From Lachnospiraceae bacterium (GTDB taxonomy: Bacteria; Bacillota; Clostridia; Lachnospirales; Lachnospiraceae), in assembly GCA_017465475.1 (NCBI GenBank), contig JAFTWC010000003.1:25725-89724 (forward strand): DNA of 64,000 bases, in the 5' to 3' direction. A program made the position numbers and the translations under genes. The notes under the pieces are model-generated. The model was given only the letters and a program-made list of their open reading frames with translations. It had not been told where the DNA came from and did no database searches. Below are positions 19,832 through 29,128 of this stretch, piece by piece (positions within the stretch are counted from its first letter, which is position 1; each line of letters begins with the position of its first letter).

Positions 19832-22774
19832 ATGAGTCATATGATTAAAAATACAGAAACATTGAAAAATTTGTCGGCCTATGAGGTGATGTCGGAGGAG
19901 AATCTGCCGGATATTTCCGGCTACGGTATGGTACTTCGTCATAAGAAGTCCGGAGCCAGAGTGGCGGTGATTTCCTGTGAGGATAACAATAAAGTATTTT
20001 CCGTGGGATTCCGTACACCGCCGGAGGATTCCACCGGTGTTGCCCATATTTTGGAGCATTCCGTATTGTGCGGTTCCGAACGTTTTCCGGTAAAGGACCC
20101 GTTTGTGGAACTGGTCAAGGGATCTTTAAATACGTTTCTTAACGCCATGACCTATCCGGATAAGACCATTTATCCGGTAGCCAGCTGTAACGATAAGGAT
20201 TTTGCCAATTTGATGGAAGTGTATCTGGATGCGGTGTTTTTTCCGAATATCCATCATGAAAAGAATATTTTCTTACAGGAAGGCTGGCATTATGAGCTTG
20301 AGAGCACCGAGGGAGAACTTACCTATAACGGCGTGGTATACAGTGAGATGAAGGGAGCTTTTTCCAGCCCGGATGAAGTCCTGTTTTCCGAGATTCAGAA
20401 GAGCTTGTATCCGGACACGTCCTATGGTGTAGAGTCCGGCGGTGACCCGGATCATATACCGGAGCTTACCTATGAACAGTTTTTGGAGTTTCACAAGCGG
20501 TATTATCATCCGGTAAACAGTTACATTTATCTGTATGGTGATATGGATGTGGCAGAACGCCTTGACTGGATGGATAAAGAGTATTTGAGCCGTTTTGAAC
20601 GTATTGAACTGGATTCTTCCATACTGATGCAGAAAGGCTTTGAAAAAAAGAAAACGGTGGAAGGCTATTACTCCGTAAATAATGAGGAAGAGGCAAAAAA
20701 TGCGGCTTATTTTTCCTATAATGTTGCCTTTACCGGAGAGGAAGATGTGGTAAAGGAAACGGCCATGGGCCTCCTTTGTTCCGCATTGATAAAAAAGCCG
20801 GGAACACCGCTTAAGGTGGCTCTTACGGAGGCGGGCATCGGAGAAGACTCTACCGCAAATTATGAGGATGAAATCGCGCAGCCGTTTGTGTCCATTGTGG
20901 CAAAGAATGCAGCGGAAGATAAAGCGGATGAGTTTTTGCGGGTGGTAACGGAAACTCTTGAAAAGTGTGCCACGGAGGGTGTATCCAAAAAGTCTTTGTC
21001 TGCGGCGTTAAACAGCATGGAGTTTTCTTTAAGAGAAGGAGACTCCGGAAATTATCCGAAGGGCTTACGTTATTGTCAGATGATTTTAGGAACCTGGTTG
21101 TATGATGACACCAGAGTATTTGAAAATCTCCACTGGACACCGGTATTTGAAAAGCTTCGTGGGCTTATTGAAACAGACTATTTTGAAAACCTTATTCGGG
21201 AGTATTTACTGGATAATACCCACGGGGCATTTGTAAAGCTTTATCCGAAGGTAGGACTTCTTGCGGAAAAAGAAAAGGCTCTTGCGAAGGAGCTGGCAGC
21301 CTATAAGACTTCTCTTACAAAGGAAGAGGTAGAAGCACTGGTAGCCCAGACGAATGCGTTGAAGCAGTACCAGAGCGAGCCGTCGAAGCCGGAGGATTTG
21401 GCAAAGATTCCGCGACTTTCCAGAGAGGATATTAAGAAAGAAGCAGATCCGTTTATCAATGAAGTGAAGGAGATTGCAGGAGTAACCGCACTTCATCAGG
21501 AACTGTTTACCGGCGGAATTGCTTATGTGAAGCTGTTGTTTGAGATGAAGAAGGTATCTGCGGAATTACTTCCGTATGCAGGAATTTTGGCGGATATATT
21601 CGGTCGCATGGATACGAAAAAGCACAGTTATCTGGATTTAAACAATGAAATCAGTATTCATACCGGCGGCCTTTCCGTTAGTACCATGATTTCTTCCAAG
21701 TTTGATGATTTACACGATTACCGTGCCCTTTTCATGGCGGAAGGAAAGACCTTATACCATAAGATTCCGGAGCTGTTTGCGTATATGAAGGAGATGCTTA
21801 CGGAAACCGTAGTTGACAATCCGGTTCGTTTGCGTGAGATTTTACTGGAGCGCAAGAGCGGATTGGAGCGCAGATACACCGGTATGGCCCATACGGTTGT
21901 GGTAAAGCGTGCCTCCTCTTATTTTTCCGAGGTAGGTATGGCCATGGAACAGCTTGACGGTATTGCATACTATGAGTTTATTTCCGATTTGCTGGAGAAT
22001 TTTGAAAGTCGTAAGGAGAAGTTGGTAGAAAAGCTTACGGAAGCATATGAAGCCATCTTTGCAAAGGATGTGATGATGCTTAGTGTAACGGCGGATGCGG
22101 AAGGTTACAAAAAAGTGACGGAACAGTGTGAAGGGTTGTTTGCAGCCTTTGCCACAGAGGCGAAGGGAAGTTGCCTTAAGCTTGCACCGGAGAAGAAAAA
22201 CGAAGGCTTTATTACTCCGGGACAGGTGCAGTATGTGTGCTGTGCCGGTAATTACCGAGATGCGGGGCTTGACTATACCGGTGCTTACGAGGTGCTTCGT
22301 ACCGCTATGAGCTACGGCTATTTGTGGAATCAGGTGAGAGTCCTGGGAGGCGCTTACGGTGCGGCACTGATGGCGTTAGAAAACGGCAGAATGGCCTTTT
22401 ATTCCTGGAGAGACCCGCATCTTACCAGAACCATGCAGGTGTACGCAGATGCGGTGGAATATATCGCTAACTTTGAAGCAGACGAGGCAGAGATGACCAA
22501 GTATGTTATCGGTACCATGAGTGATGTGGATTTGCCGCGAAATCCGCGTATGGAAGGCGAGCGTGGTCTTACCGCTTATTTGACCGGACGTACCTTTGCG
22601 TCGGTACAAAAGCATCGTGACGAGATTTTAAATATAACGGTAGAGGATGTACGCAGGTTGGCAGAAGGTGTGAAAGCAATGTTATCCCAAAATTGCTGCT
22701 GTACCGTGGGTTCCGAAAAGAAGGTTCGTGAGGATGCAAAGCACTTTATGGGAGTTCGTGATTTACTAAAGTAA
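19832..22774 (+). CDS. M16C insulinase-family metallopeptidase (PreP-like)
   Basis: 980 aa with the inverted zinc motif HILEHSVLCGS (HxxEH). Confidence 0.9.
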   Translation: MSHMIKNTETLKNLSAYEVMSEENLPDISGYGMVLRHKKSGARVAVISCEDNNKVFSVGFRTPPEDSTGVAHILEHSVLCGSERFPVKDPFVELVKGSLNTFLNAMTYPDKTIYPVASCNDKDFANLMEVYLDAVFFPNIHHEKNIFLQEGWHYELESTEGELTYNGVVYSEMKGAFSSPDEVLFSEIQKSLYPDTSYGVESGGDPDHIPELTYEQFLEFHKRYYHPVNSYIYLYGDMDVAERLDWMDKEYLSRFERIELDSSILMQKGFEKKKTVEGYYSVNNEEEAKNAAYFSYNVAFTGEEDVVKETAMGLLCSALIKKPGTPLKVALTEAGIGEDSTANYEDEIAQPFVSIVAKNAAEDKADEFLRVVTETLEKCATEGVSKKSLSAALNSMEFSLREGDSGNYPKGLRYCQMILGTWLYDDTRVFENLHWTPVFEKLRGLIETDYFENLIREYLLDNTHGAFVKLYPKVGLLAEKEKALAKELAAYKTSLTKEEVEALVAQTNALKQYQSEPSKPEDLAKIPRLSREDIKKEADPFINEVKEIAGVTALHQELFTGGIAYVKLLFEMKKVSAELLPYAGILADIFGRMDTKKHSYLDLNNEISIHTGGLSVSTMISSKFDDLHDYRALFMAEGKTLYHKIPELFAYMKEMLTETVVDNPVRLREILLERKSGLERRYTGMAHTVVVKRASSYFSEVGMAMEQLDGIAYYEFISDLLENFESRKEKLVEKLTEAYEAIFAKDVMMLSVTADAEGYKKVTEQCEGLFAAFATEAKGSCLKLAPEKKNEGFITPGQVQYVCCAGNYRDAGLDYTGAYEVLRTAMSYGYLWNQVRVLGGAYGAALMALENGRMAFYSWRDPHLTRTMQVYADAVEYIANFEADEAEMTKYVIGTMSDVDLPRNPRMEGERGLTAYLTGRTFASVQKHRDEILNITVEDVRRLAEGVKAMLSQNCCCTVGSEKKVREDAKHFMGVRDLLK

Positions 22775-22813
22775 GAGAAAAGTAACCGTTGTGAGGTTGC
22801 AAGGAGAACAGTT

Positions 22814-23764
22814 ATGGCACAAAACAGTGATAATAAGAAAAAGGCAGGAAAGGGAGAGCGGGGATTTCGCTCCGGATTTGTGGCATTAATCGGCAGACCC
22901 AATGTGGGAAAGTCTACCCTTATGAACCACTTGATTAAGCAAAAGATTGCGATTACCTCAAATAAGCCTCAGACCACCCGGACCCGGATTCAGACGGTGT
23001 ATACCGATGAGCGGGGACAGATTATTTTTCTGGATACACCGGGAATCCACAAAGCGAAAAATAAGTTGGGCGAATATATGGTAAACGTGGCGGAAGGGAC
23101 CCTTTCCGAAGTGGATGTGATTCTCTGGCTTGTGGAGCCTACGGATTATATCGGCGCAGGAGAACAGCATATTTTGGAAGTATTGGCCCGGACGAAGACG
23201 CCGGTGGTATTGGTCATTAATAAGATGGATACGGTGGATAAGGAGACGCTTCTTAAGGCAGAGGAAACTTACCGTGATGTGTATCCGTTTGCCGGCGTGA
23301 TTATGACCAGTGCACTCAGAAGCAGAAATGTGGATAAGTTACAGTCGTTATTATTTTCGTTGCTTCCGGAAGGCCCGATGTATTACGATGAGGATACGGT
23401 AACCGATCAGCCGGAGCGTCAGATTGCGGCGGAGATTGTTAGAGAGAAAGCCCTTCGTTTGTTGGATGATGAGATTCCTCACGGCATTGCGGTGGCCATC
23501 GACCGGATGAAAGAACGTCCGGACGGTCGATTAGTGGATATTGATGCTACGATTATTTGCGAACGTGATTCCCATAAGGGTATCATTATCGGAAAGCAAG
23601 GTGCTATGCTTAAGCGTATCGGCACGGAAGCCAGAAAAGAAATCGAGCTTTTGTTTGAGTATAAAGTGAATTTAAAGCTTTGGGTAAAAGTAAAGAAAGA
23701 TTGGCGGGACAGTGATTTTCTTTTAAAGAACTACGGATATGTGGAACGTTCGGAAGAAGAGTAA
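22814..23764 (+). CDS. era: GTPase Era
   Basis: GRPNVGKST, DTPG and NKMD G-motifs, plus a C-terminal KH domain. Confidence 0.95.
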   Translation: MAQNSDNKKKAGKGERGFRSGFVALIGRPNVGKSTLMNHLIKQKIAITSNKPQTTRTRIQTVYTDERGQIIFLDTPGIHKAKNKLGEYMVNVAEGTLSEVDVILWLVEPTDYIGAGEQHILEVLARTKTPVVLVINKMDTVDKETLLKAEETYRDVYPFAGVIMTSALRSRNVDKLQSLLFSLLPEGPMYYDEDTVTDQPERQIAAEIVREKALRLLDDEIPHGIAVAIDRMKERPDGRLVDIDATIICERDSHKGIIIGKQGAMLKRIGTEARKEIELLFEYKVNLKLWVKVKKDWRDSDFLLKNYGYVERSEEE

Positions 23765-23950
23765 CCGGTGTCAAGTCCCCAATTTCTTCCATGGGATAGG
23801 ATTATAGTATCAGAGTATTTTCTGTCAGATCGCAGATACTGATTTTGTAACGGAAAGAACCGCGCGGATGTGGTTGGCGCAGGAGAATTCCGATGAAAAT
23901 GAAGTATGGTACGGACGGTTTGTCCGGAAAGAAAATACGGGGGTACGGCG

Positions 23951-24130
23951 ATGGAAGAAGAATATTGGGAAAAGTTTAAAGAAACCGGCAGCGTGAAGGA
24001 TTATTTGTCCTATCGCAGTGCAGTGGATCAGAGAAACAAACAGGAACAGAGGACGCAGGGAGAGGCTTATGACGGAAAGCATTACAGTGACAGGCATGAT
24101 ACTGTCGGCACAGCCCATGGGAGAGTATGA
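23951..24130 (+). CDS. YqzL-like small protein
   Basis: MEEEYWEKFKETGSVKDYLSYRS resembles the YqzL family, which is found between era and recO in Firmicutes. It overlaps the recO start by about 60 nt, so the C-terminus and extent are uncertain. Confidence 0.45.
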   Translation: MEEEYWEKFKETGSVKDYLSYRSAVDQRNKQEQRTQGEAYDGKHYSDRHDTVGTAHGRV

Positions 24131-24890
24131 CCGCAGGATTGTGCTTTTGACAAAAGAACGAGGTAAAATTTCCGCATTTGCAAAAGGCGTGCGTCGCCCT
24201 ACGGCGATGCTCGCCGGCTGCAGCCAGCCCTTTGTGTTCGGAAAGTTTACCTTATACGAGGGAAGAAGTTCCTATACCTTGCAGGCAGCGGAGGTGGAGA
24301 ACTTTTTTGCGGAGCTTCGGAATGATTTGGAGTCCGTGTATTACGGGGTCTATTTTTGTGAGTTTGCGGAAGCGGTCACAAGAGAAGGACTTCCGGCCAA
24401 GGAAGAACTGAAGGTATTGTACCGGTCCCTGGGAGCACTTCTTAAAAAAAGTATCGGAGCGGAGTTGGTCCGGGTGGCATTTGAACTGAAAATGCTTTCT
24501 GTGGGCGGCATTTCCCCACAGGTATATGAGTGTGTAAAGTGCAGAAAAAAAGAAGACCTATCCTGGTTTTCTGCAAAAAGCGGCGGATGCATCTGTAAGG
24601 GATGCGCGGACAAGCTTTGGTTGGAAGAGTCTGTGCAGTCATCTGTTGGACTGTCTGCGGAAGGAGGCGCAAGCATGGCAGCGGGGCTTATGCCGGGAGA
24701 GAAGTTTTTGCCTGTCCTGGGTTCCACCCTTTATACCATGCAGTACATCTTAGCGACTCCCATTGAGAGTTTGTATACCTTTACGGTGTCGGAGGAGGTA
24801 CTCAGGCAGTTAAAGAAGATACTAAAGGAATTCCTTAGTGTACATATCGGAAAACAGTTTAAGAGCTTGGAGATGTTGGAGTTACTGTAA
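24069..24890 (+). CDS. recO: DNA repair protein RecO
   Basis: N-terminal OB-fold region (GMILSAQPMGEYDRRIVLLTKERGKISAFAKG) and zinc motif CVKC...CKGC. Position after era. Confidence 0.9.
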   Translation: MTESITVTGMILSAQPMGEYDRRIVLLTKERGKISAFAKGVRRPTAMLAGCSQPFVFGKFTLYEGRSSYTLQAAEVENFFAELRNDLESVYYGVYFCEFAEAVTREGLPAKEELKVLYRSLGALLKKSIGAELVRVAFELKMLSVGGISPQVYECVKCRKKEDLSWFSAKSGGCICKGCADKLWLEESVQSSVGLSAEGGASMAAGLMPGEKFLPVLGSTLYTMQYILATPIESLYTFTVSEEVLRQLKKILKEFLSVHIGKQFKSLEMLELL

Positions 24891-24901
24891 AAGGAGAACA
24901 A

Positions 24902-25195
24902 ATGGAACAAACAGGATTGAAGATGAATGTCATAAATGAAATCATTGAACTGGCACGTAAGTATCAGATGGAAAAGGTGATTTTGTTCGGTTCCCGTGCC
25001 CGCGGAGACTATACGAGGAGCAGCGATATAGACTTGGCGGTATTAGGAGGGGATGTCGTATCCTTTTCCATAGATGTGGAAGAAAGTGTATCCACTCTTC
25101 TTACTTTTGATATTGTAAATTTGTCTTCGGACGTTGCAGAAGGGTTATTAGAATCGATTAAAGAGGAGGGGCTTGTTTTATATGAAAAAATTTGA
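24902..25195 (+). CDS. nucleotidyltransferase (MNT/MntA-type antitoxin)
   Basis: GSRARGDYTRSSDIDLAV matches GSxxRG...DxD. 97 aa. Confidence 0.85.
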   Translation: MEQTGLKMNVINEIIELARKYQMEKVILFGSRARGDYTRSSDIDLAVLGGDVVSFSIDVEESVSTLLTFDIVNLSSDVAEGLLESIKEEGLVLYEKI

Positions 25196-25583
25196 GAATT
25201 ATTTATCAAATCTGGCGGTGTTAGAAAAGGCAGATAAGGAAGATTTGGAAAACGAATTCATTTTAAGTGGGGTAATCGATAAGTTTTTTTTGCAGTTTGA
25301 ACTTGGATGGAAGGTCTTAAAGGAGTTATTAAGATACGAGGGAAAAGCTGTTGCGAATACCGGGTCTCCCAGAGAGATTATAAAAGCTGCATATGCTGTG
25401 TATGATTTTATGGAAGAAGAGACGTGGTTATCCATGTTAAGAGACAGAAACGACATGGCACACGTATATGATGAAGAGGCAGCGAAGCGATTAGTGAAAA
25501 AGATTTTAGAAGTGTACATACCGACGTTTGTTCAGTTGAAGGATAGCTTGACGGAGTATTATGACGGAACTATTCCGGAGTAA
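25182..25583 (+). CDS. HEPN-domain protein, HI0074 / nucleotidyltransferase substrate-binding family (HepT-type toxin)
   Basis: RNDMAHVY matches the Rx4HxY HEPN motif. 14-nt overlap with the MNT gene. Confidence 0.85.
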   Translation: MKKFENYLSNLAVLEKADKEDLENEFILSGVIDKFFLQFELGWKVLKELLRYEGKAVANTGSPREIIKAAYAVYDFMEEETWLSMLRDRNDMAHVYDEEAAKRLVKKILEVYIPTFVQLKDSLTEYYDGTIPE

Positions 25584-25711
25584 GAATAAAGCGGCTATAA
25601 TGAAGAGTTTAATTTGCTAAAAGTCAAGTTCAATTTACTAATTTTGAAGAAAAATAGTAAATTAAACAGGACTTTATAAGGTAAAACAAAGAATAGTAGG
25701 AGATCACAAAC

Positions 25712-25948
25712 ATGTCAAGAACCATGCAATTTAAAATGGAACGTCCCGGTCTTGTGGAAGTGGGACAGGAGGTAGAAATCAGAGAGTCTACCCTACCGAA
25801 TGCAATCTTTTATTATGTCATAGAACCGGCGGTAGCCATGTCCGGAAATATTCCGTTCCGTGAGAGGCTCACAAAACTTTCCGGTGTAGTAAAAGACGTA
25901 GAAGAAAATGCAAAAGGATTCTATGTAACAGTAGAATTTGAGGAATAG
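25712..25948 (+). CDS. hypothetical 78-aa protein
   Basis: Good RBS (AGGAGA 7 nt upstream of the ATG). I recognise no motif. Confidence 0.5.
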   Translation: MSRTMQFKMERPGLVEVGQEVEIRESTLPNAIFYYVIEPAVAMSGNIPFRERLTKLSGVVKDVEENAKGFYVTVEFEE

Positions 25949-26018
25949 TATCGGAAGCGGTATGAAAGAGTTTGACTATCTTGTAAGGGGACTGTGTAAA
26001 GAAATCGAATGTAGCACA

Positions 26019-26261
26019 CTCTTGCGAGTGGTATGGAAGGTACAGTAGAGTAAAACAAATGCGGCATTGAAATTGATTTTCGAATTTGTCCGAAGGACCG
26101 CGTTTTTAGCTGAGTCGAAATCACCTCTTAGAAAAGACTGGGCGCGAGGTCGCTCCCGAGCGTCCTAGTCGTTCTTAGAGGAAGTTTGACGAGGCGTTGC
26201 GTTTTGAGAAAAATCAATTTCAATGCCGCATTTGTTTTTTATGCCACCCCACTCGCAAGAG
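26019..26261. repeat. 243-bp composite palindrome (outer 13-bp arms, inner 29-bp perfect arms, two inverted copies of a 56-nt core)
   Basis: CTCTTGCGAGTGG at 26019-26031 pairs with 26249-26261. AAAACAAATGCGGCATTGAAATTGATTTT at 26052-26080 pairs perfectly with 26210-26238. The interior 26090-26205 is an imperfect palindrome. Confidence 0.85.
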
Positions 26262-26275
26262 CGGGGGAAAACTTT

Positions 26276-27280
26276 TTATCGGATTCTTTCCGGGAAACCA
26301 ATCTTTTTCTGTACTTTACGAAGGGTCTTGTTTGCCACGTAGTTGGCACGTTCACCGTTGTTCTTGATAATGCTGTCGATGTATGCCTTATCCTTGGAAA
26401 GCTCTGCTACACGGTCCTGAAGCGGCTTTAACACGTCCACAACGGATTCGCCTACAGCTAACTTAAAATCACCATAGCCCTTGCCTGCAAATTCCTTTTC
26501 TACTTCTTCAACGGATTTGCCGGTGGTTGCACGATAAATGTCGATTAAGTTGCTGATACCCGGCTTTTCTGCTGCGTAACGGATTTCGTTGTCAGAGTCG
26601 GTTACGGCACGCTTAAACTTACGGATAATGGTATCCGGGTCGTCCATAAGATAAATGCTTGCGTTTAAGTTCTCATCGGACTTAGACATCTTCTTGGTCG
26701 GGTCCTGCAGGCTCATAATCTTTGCACCAACCTTGCCGAGGTATGCTTCCGGAATTTTAAATACATCACCGTAGATACCGTTGAAGCGCTGCGCAATATC
26801 ACGGGTCAGCTCAAGGTGCTGCATCTGGTCGATACCTACCGGAACTACATCAGCCTGGAACAATAAAATGTCCGCTGCCATCAGTACCGGGTAAGTGAAG
26901 AGTCCTGCATTAATGTTATCCGCATGCTTTGCTGACTTATCTTTAAACTGGGTCATACGCTGTAACTCGCCCATGTAAGTATAACAATTTAAAATCCAAG
27001 CAAGCTCCGCATGACCGGAAACGTGGGACTGATAGTAGATACAGTTCTTTTCCGGGTCAAGACCTGCTGCGATATAAAGGGTCAAAAGGGCGCGGGCACG
27101 CTGGCGAAGCTCTGCCGGATTCTGGCGCACGGTAATGGAGTGTTCGTCTACCACACAGTAGTAGCACTCGTAGTCTTCGTTTAAAGAAACCCAGTTCTTT
27201 AATGCACCGAGATAATTGCCGAGAGTTAAGTTGCCGGTTGCCTGCATTCCGCTGAATAAGATTTTCTTTTCGTCTGCCAT
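26276..27280 (-). CDS. trpS: tryptophan--tRNA ligase
   Basis: The class I HIGH-region equivalent (TGNLTLGNYLG) and KMSKS are both present. 334 aa. Confidence 0.95.
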   Translation of the reverse strand: MADEKKILFSGMQATGNLTLGNYLGALKNWVSLNEDYECYYCVVDEHSITVRQNPAELRQRARALLTLYIAAGLDPEKNCIYYQSHVSGHAELAWILNCYTYMGELQRMTQFKDKSAKHADNINAGLFTYPVLMAADILLFQADVVPVGIDQMQHLELTRDIAQRFNGIYGDVFKIPEAYLGKVGAKIMSLQDPTKKMSKSDENLNASIYLMDDPDTIIRKFKRAVTDSDNEIRYAAEKPGISNLIDIYRATTGKSVEEVEKEFAGKGYGDFKLAVGESVVDVLKPLQDRVAELSKDKAYIDSIIKNNGERANYVANKTLRKVQKKIGFPERIR

Positions 27281-27431
27281 AATTTCTCCTTCTCCGTCTG
27301 ATACGGTACATGTCGTATCGCGGATGTTTTATCCGCTGATAATCATATCATATCGCGGGAAAAATCGCAAGGGGTAAGAGGGAGATCGTGAGTGAAATAA
27401 GCGGTGCGACGGAAAACGTCGAAGGTATGAC

Positions 27432-27460
27432 TTGTAATGGAGAAACAGGTGTAGTATAAT
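27432..27460 (+). promoter_or_regulatory. sigma-A-type promoter of the LRR lipoprotein gene
   Basis: TTGTAA, 17 nt, TATAAT. About 70 nt upstream of ATG 27530. Confidence 0.55.
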
Positions 27461-27529
27461 GACAGTAAGATGCAAGAACGGAGGCAAATTGTAAGGAAGA
27501 GCGTTAAGCTTAGAAAGAGAGGGAAGGGA

Positions 27530-28747
27530 ATGAGGAAAAAAAGACAGAAGTATAACACGGCTTTATTGATTGGAATGTTACTTGTCTGCAGTTTCAACGG
27601 ATGCGGAAAGACAGAAGCAGATGCTACAGGTATTGCAACACCGGAACCGACAGCGACACCGATATCTGACATTTCGGCAACACCGGAGCCTGTGGAGTTT
27701 CCGGTAGAAATTACCGAAATCATTTTTCCGGAGGAAATGTTACGGAAGAAAGCGCTGACAGCAGATTCCGACGGAGACGGGTGCTTAAACAAGGAAGAAG
27801 CAGAGGCGGTGACAAAGCTTTCTTTAAAAAAGCTGGCGGACGCAGATGCTAAGGATGACAGAGAGGGAATGCCGTTACCGGAGTATACAGAGGAGGATTT
27901 TTCTTTTGACTTTGAGGGAATACAGTATTTTACGGAACTTACGGAGCTTACGGTAAACTTACTGGGCGGAGAGGCGTTTGTGAAAGAGGAACCGGAAGAA
28001 ATTTTTGCGGTGACAAAGAACTTCAGTCGTATTTACGAATGTAGAAAAATAAAGAAGTTATCGTTATATGAGGCGGATGTGACGTCACTGGAACTTTCTC
28101 ATTTCCCGGATTTAAAACGTCTGGATTTAAATTGTATGTATCGGTTGGAAGGTTTGGATGCAGGAACGCACCAAAAGCTTTCCTCACTTTGGATTTCCCA
28201 ATGTAACAGGTTGGAAACGCTGGATGTGTCCGGGGCAGAGAAGCTGAACACATTGGACCTTGTGCAAAATGACAGTTTGAAGGTAGTACGTTTCGGGGAA
28301 GGCAACAAAACACTGGAAACCATCCAGTTAAACGGGTTACCGTGCTTGTCGGAAGCGGAGTTTTCCTGCTTGGAAAATTTAATTTCGCTGAATCTTACGG
28401 ATGTTTCCCTTACAGGCCTTGATGTAAGTAAAAATACAAAGCTGGAACAGCTTTGTGCGGAAGGATTAGAGCTTGCTACATTGGATTTACGAAATAATCC
28501 GAATATGGAATACTTAATTAACGCAAAGGATTCCTTCAAGGAGATTTTGCTTTCGGAAGAGAACCGTGTCAGCATGATCCGGTGGACGGAGTCTTCCGTG
28601 ACGGAGTTTCCTGTCACAAATTTAAATCCGGAGACTTTGATCGGGATTGATATACAGGGAACTGCCATAAAAAAATTGGATGTAAGCGGATTTACGAATC
28701 TGGAGCATTTGTATTATGATGAAGATGTGACGGAGATTGTACGTTAG
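27530..28747 (+). CDS. leucine-rich-repeat lipoprotein
   Basis: Signal peptide plus lipobox (LLVCSFNGCGK), followed by repeated roughly 22-aa LxxLxLxxN-type units. Confidence 0.75.
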   Translation: MRKKRQKYNTALLIGMLLVCSFNGCGKTEADATGIATPEPTATPISDISATPEPVEFPVEITEIIFPEEMLRKKALTADSDGDGCLNKEEAEAVTKLSLKKLADADAKDDREGMPLPEYTEEDFSFDFEGIQYFTELTELTVNLLGGEAFVKEEPEEIFAVTKNFSRIYECRKIKKLSLYEADVTSLELSHFPDLKRLDLNCMYRLEGLDAGTHQKLSSLWISQCNRLETLDVSGAEKLNTLDLVQNDSLKVVRFGEGNKTLETIQLNGLPCLSEAEFSCLENLISLNLTDVSLTGLDVSKNTKLEQLCAEGLELATLDLRNNPNMEYLINAKDSFKEILLSEENRVSMIRWTESSVTEFPVTNLNPETLIGIDIQGTAIKKLDVSGFTNLEHLYYDEDVTEIVR

Positions 28748-28800
28748 AGAAGGATAACAGAGTTTTGGTAACCAAATTGAGAAAGCAGAGAAACATGAAA

Positions 28801-28834
28801 GGACCGTGCAAGAGGTATGCACGGTCCTTTTTTT
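28801..28834. terminator. intrinsic terminator (LRR gene; also downstream of the tRNA on the other strand)
   Basis: GGACCGTGCA/TGCACGGTCC perfect 10-bp stem with a 7-nt loop, then TTTTTTT. Confidence 0.8.
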
Positions 28835-28836
28835 AG

Positions 28837-28907
28837 AGCAGATAACGGGAGTCGAACCCGCATCCTCAGCTTGGGAAGCTGATATTCTACCGCTGAACCA
28901 TATCTGC
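28837..28907 (-). tRNA. tRNA-Gly (anticodon CCC), 71 nt, no encoded CCA
   Basis: Hand-folded cloverleaf. Acceptor GCAGATA/TATCTGC, D arm GTTC/GAAT, anticodon stem TCAGC/GCTGA with loop TTCCCAA, T arm GCGGG-TTCGACT-CCCGT, discriminator U. Confidence 0.9.
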
Positions 28908-28918
28908 CTGACATATCT

Positions 28919-28947
28919 ATCTTACCATTGCAGAGTTTTCTTGTCAA
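28919..28947 (-). promoter_or_regulatory. sigma-A-type promoter of tRNA-Gly
   Basis: On the minus strand: TTGACA, 17 nt, TAAGAT. It ends 11 nt upstream of the tRNA 5-prime end. Confidence 0.55.
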
Positions 28948-29040
28948 TAAGTCAAAGGGATCAGGAAAACATTTTTGTGACAGGATAGAATAAAAATCGG
29001 AAAAAATAGGGAGAAATGGGGGAAAATCGTGGTTTTTCTA

Positions 29041-29068
29041 TTGAATTTAGCGAGGATATATGTATAAT
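29041..29068 (+). promoter_or_regulatory. sigma-A-type promoter of the pot operon
   Basis: TTGAAT, 16 nt, then TG-T-ATAAT (extended -10, TGTATAAT). Confidence 0.5.
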
Positions 29069-29128
29069 ATAATATGTTGCGGTATTGTGCTAAACTGAGG
29101 GCAATGTCTAGGTTTTAAGGAGGGTAAA

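Noticed and set aside
23893-23979. The alternative small ORF MKMKYGTDGLSGKKIRGYGDGRRILGKV, which has an AGGAG RBS, upstream of recO.
   Set aside because: It overlaps the YqzL-like frame, which has family-like sequence (WEKFKETGSVKDYLSYRS). I cannot exclude it, but there is no positive evidence beyond the RBS.
26067-26168. Small peptide ORFs across the 56-nt core repeats (LKLIFEFVRRTAFLAESKSPLRKDWARGRSRAS, and FLHSRRGALLAQSKSALRDG at 34705-34764).
   Set aside because: There is no ATG or RBS. The similarity follows automatically from about 80 percent nucleotide identity. The third, inverted copy does not keep the frame. The element is better treated as a nucleotide-level element.
27281-27460. 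A T-box riboswitch expected upstream of trpS.
   Set aside because: Reading the minus-strand leader, I find no T-box sequence (no GGTGGTACCGCG-like element), no clear specifier loop with UGG, and no terminator with a U tract. Only two short hairpins are present (GCGGAT/ATCCGC and GATACG/CGTATC), and about 70 nt of the gap belongs to the divergent LRR promoter. Some other form of regulation is not excluded.
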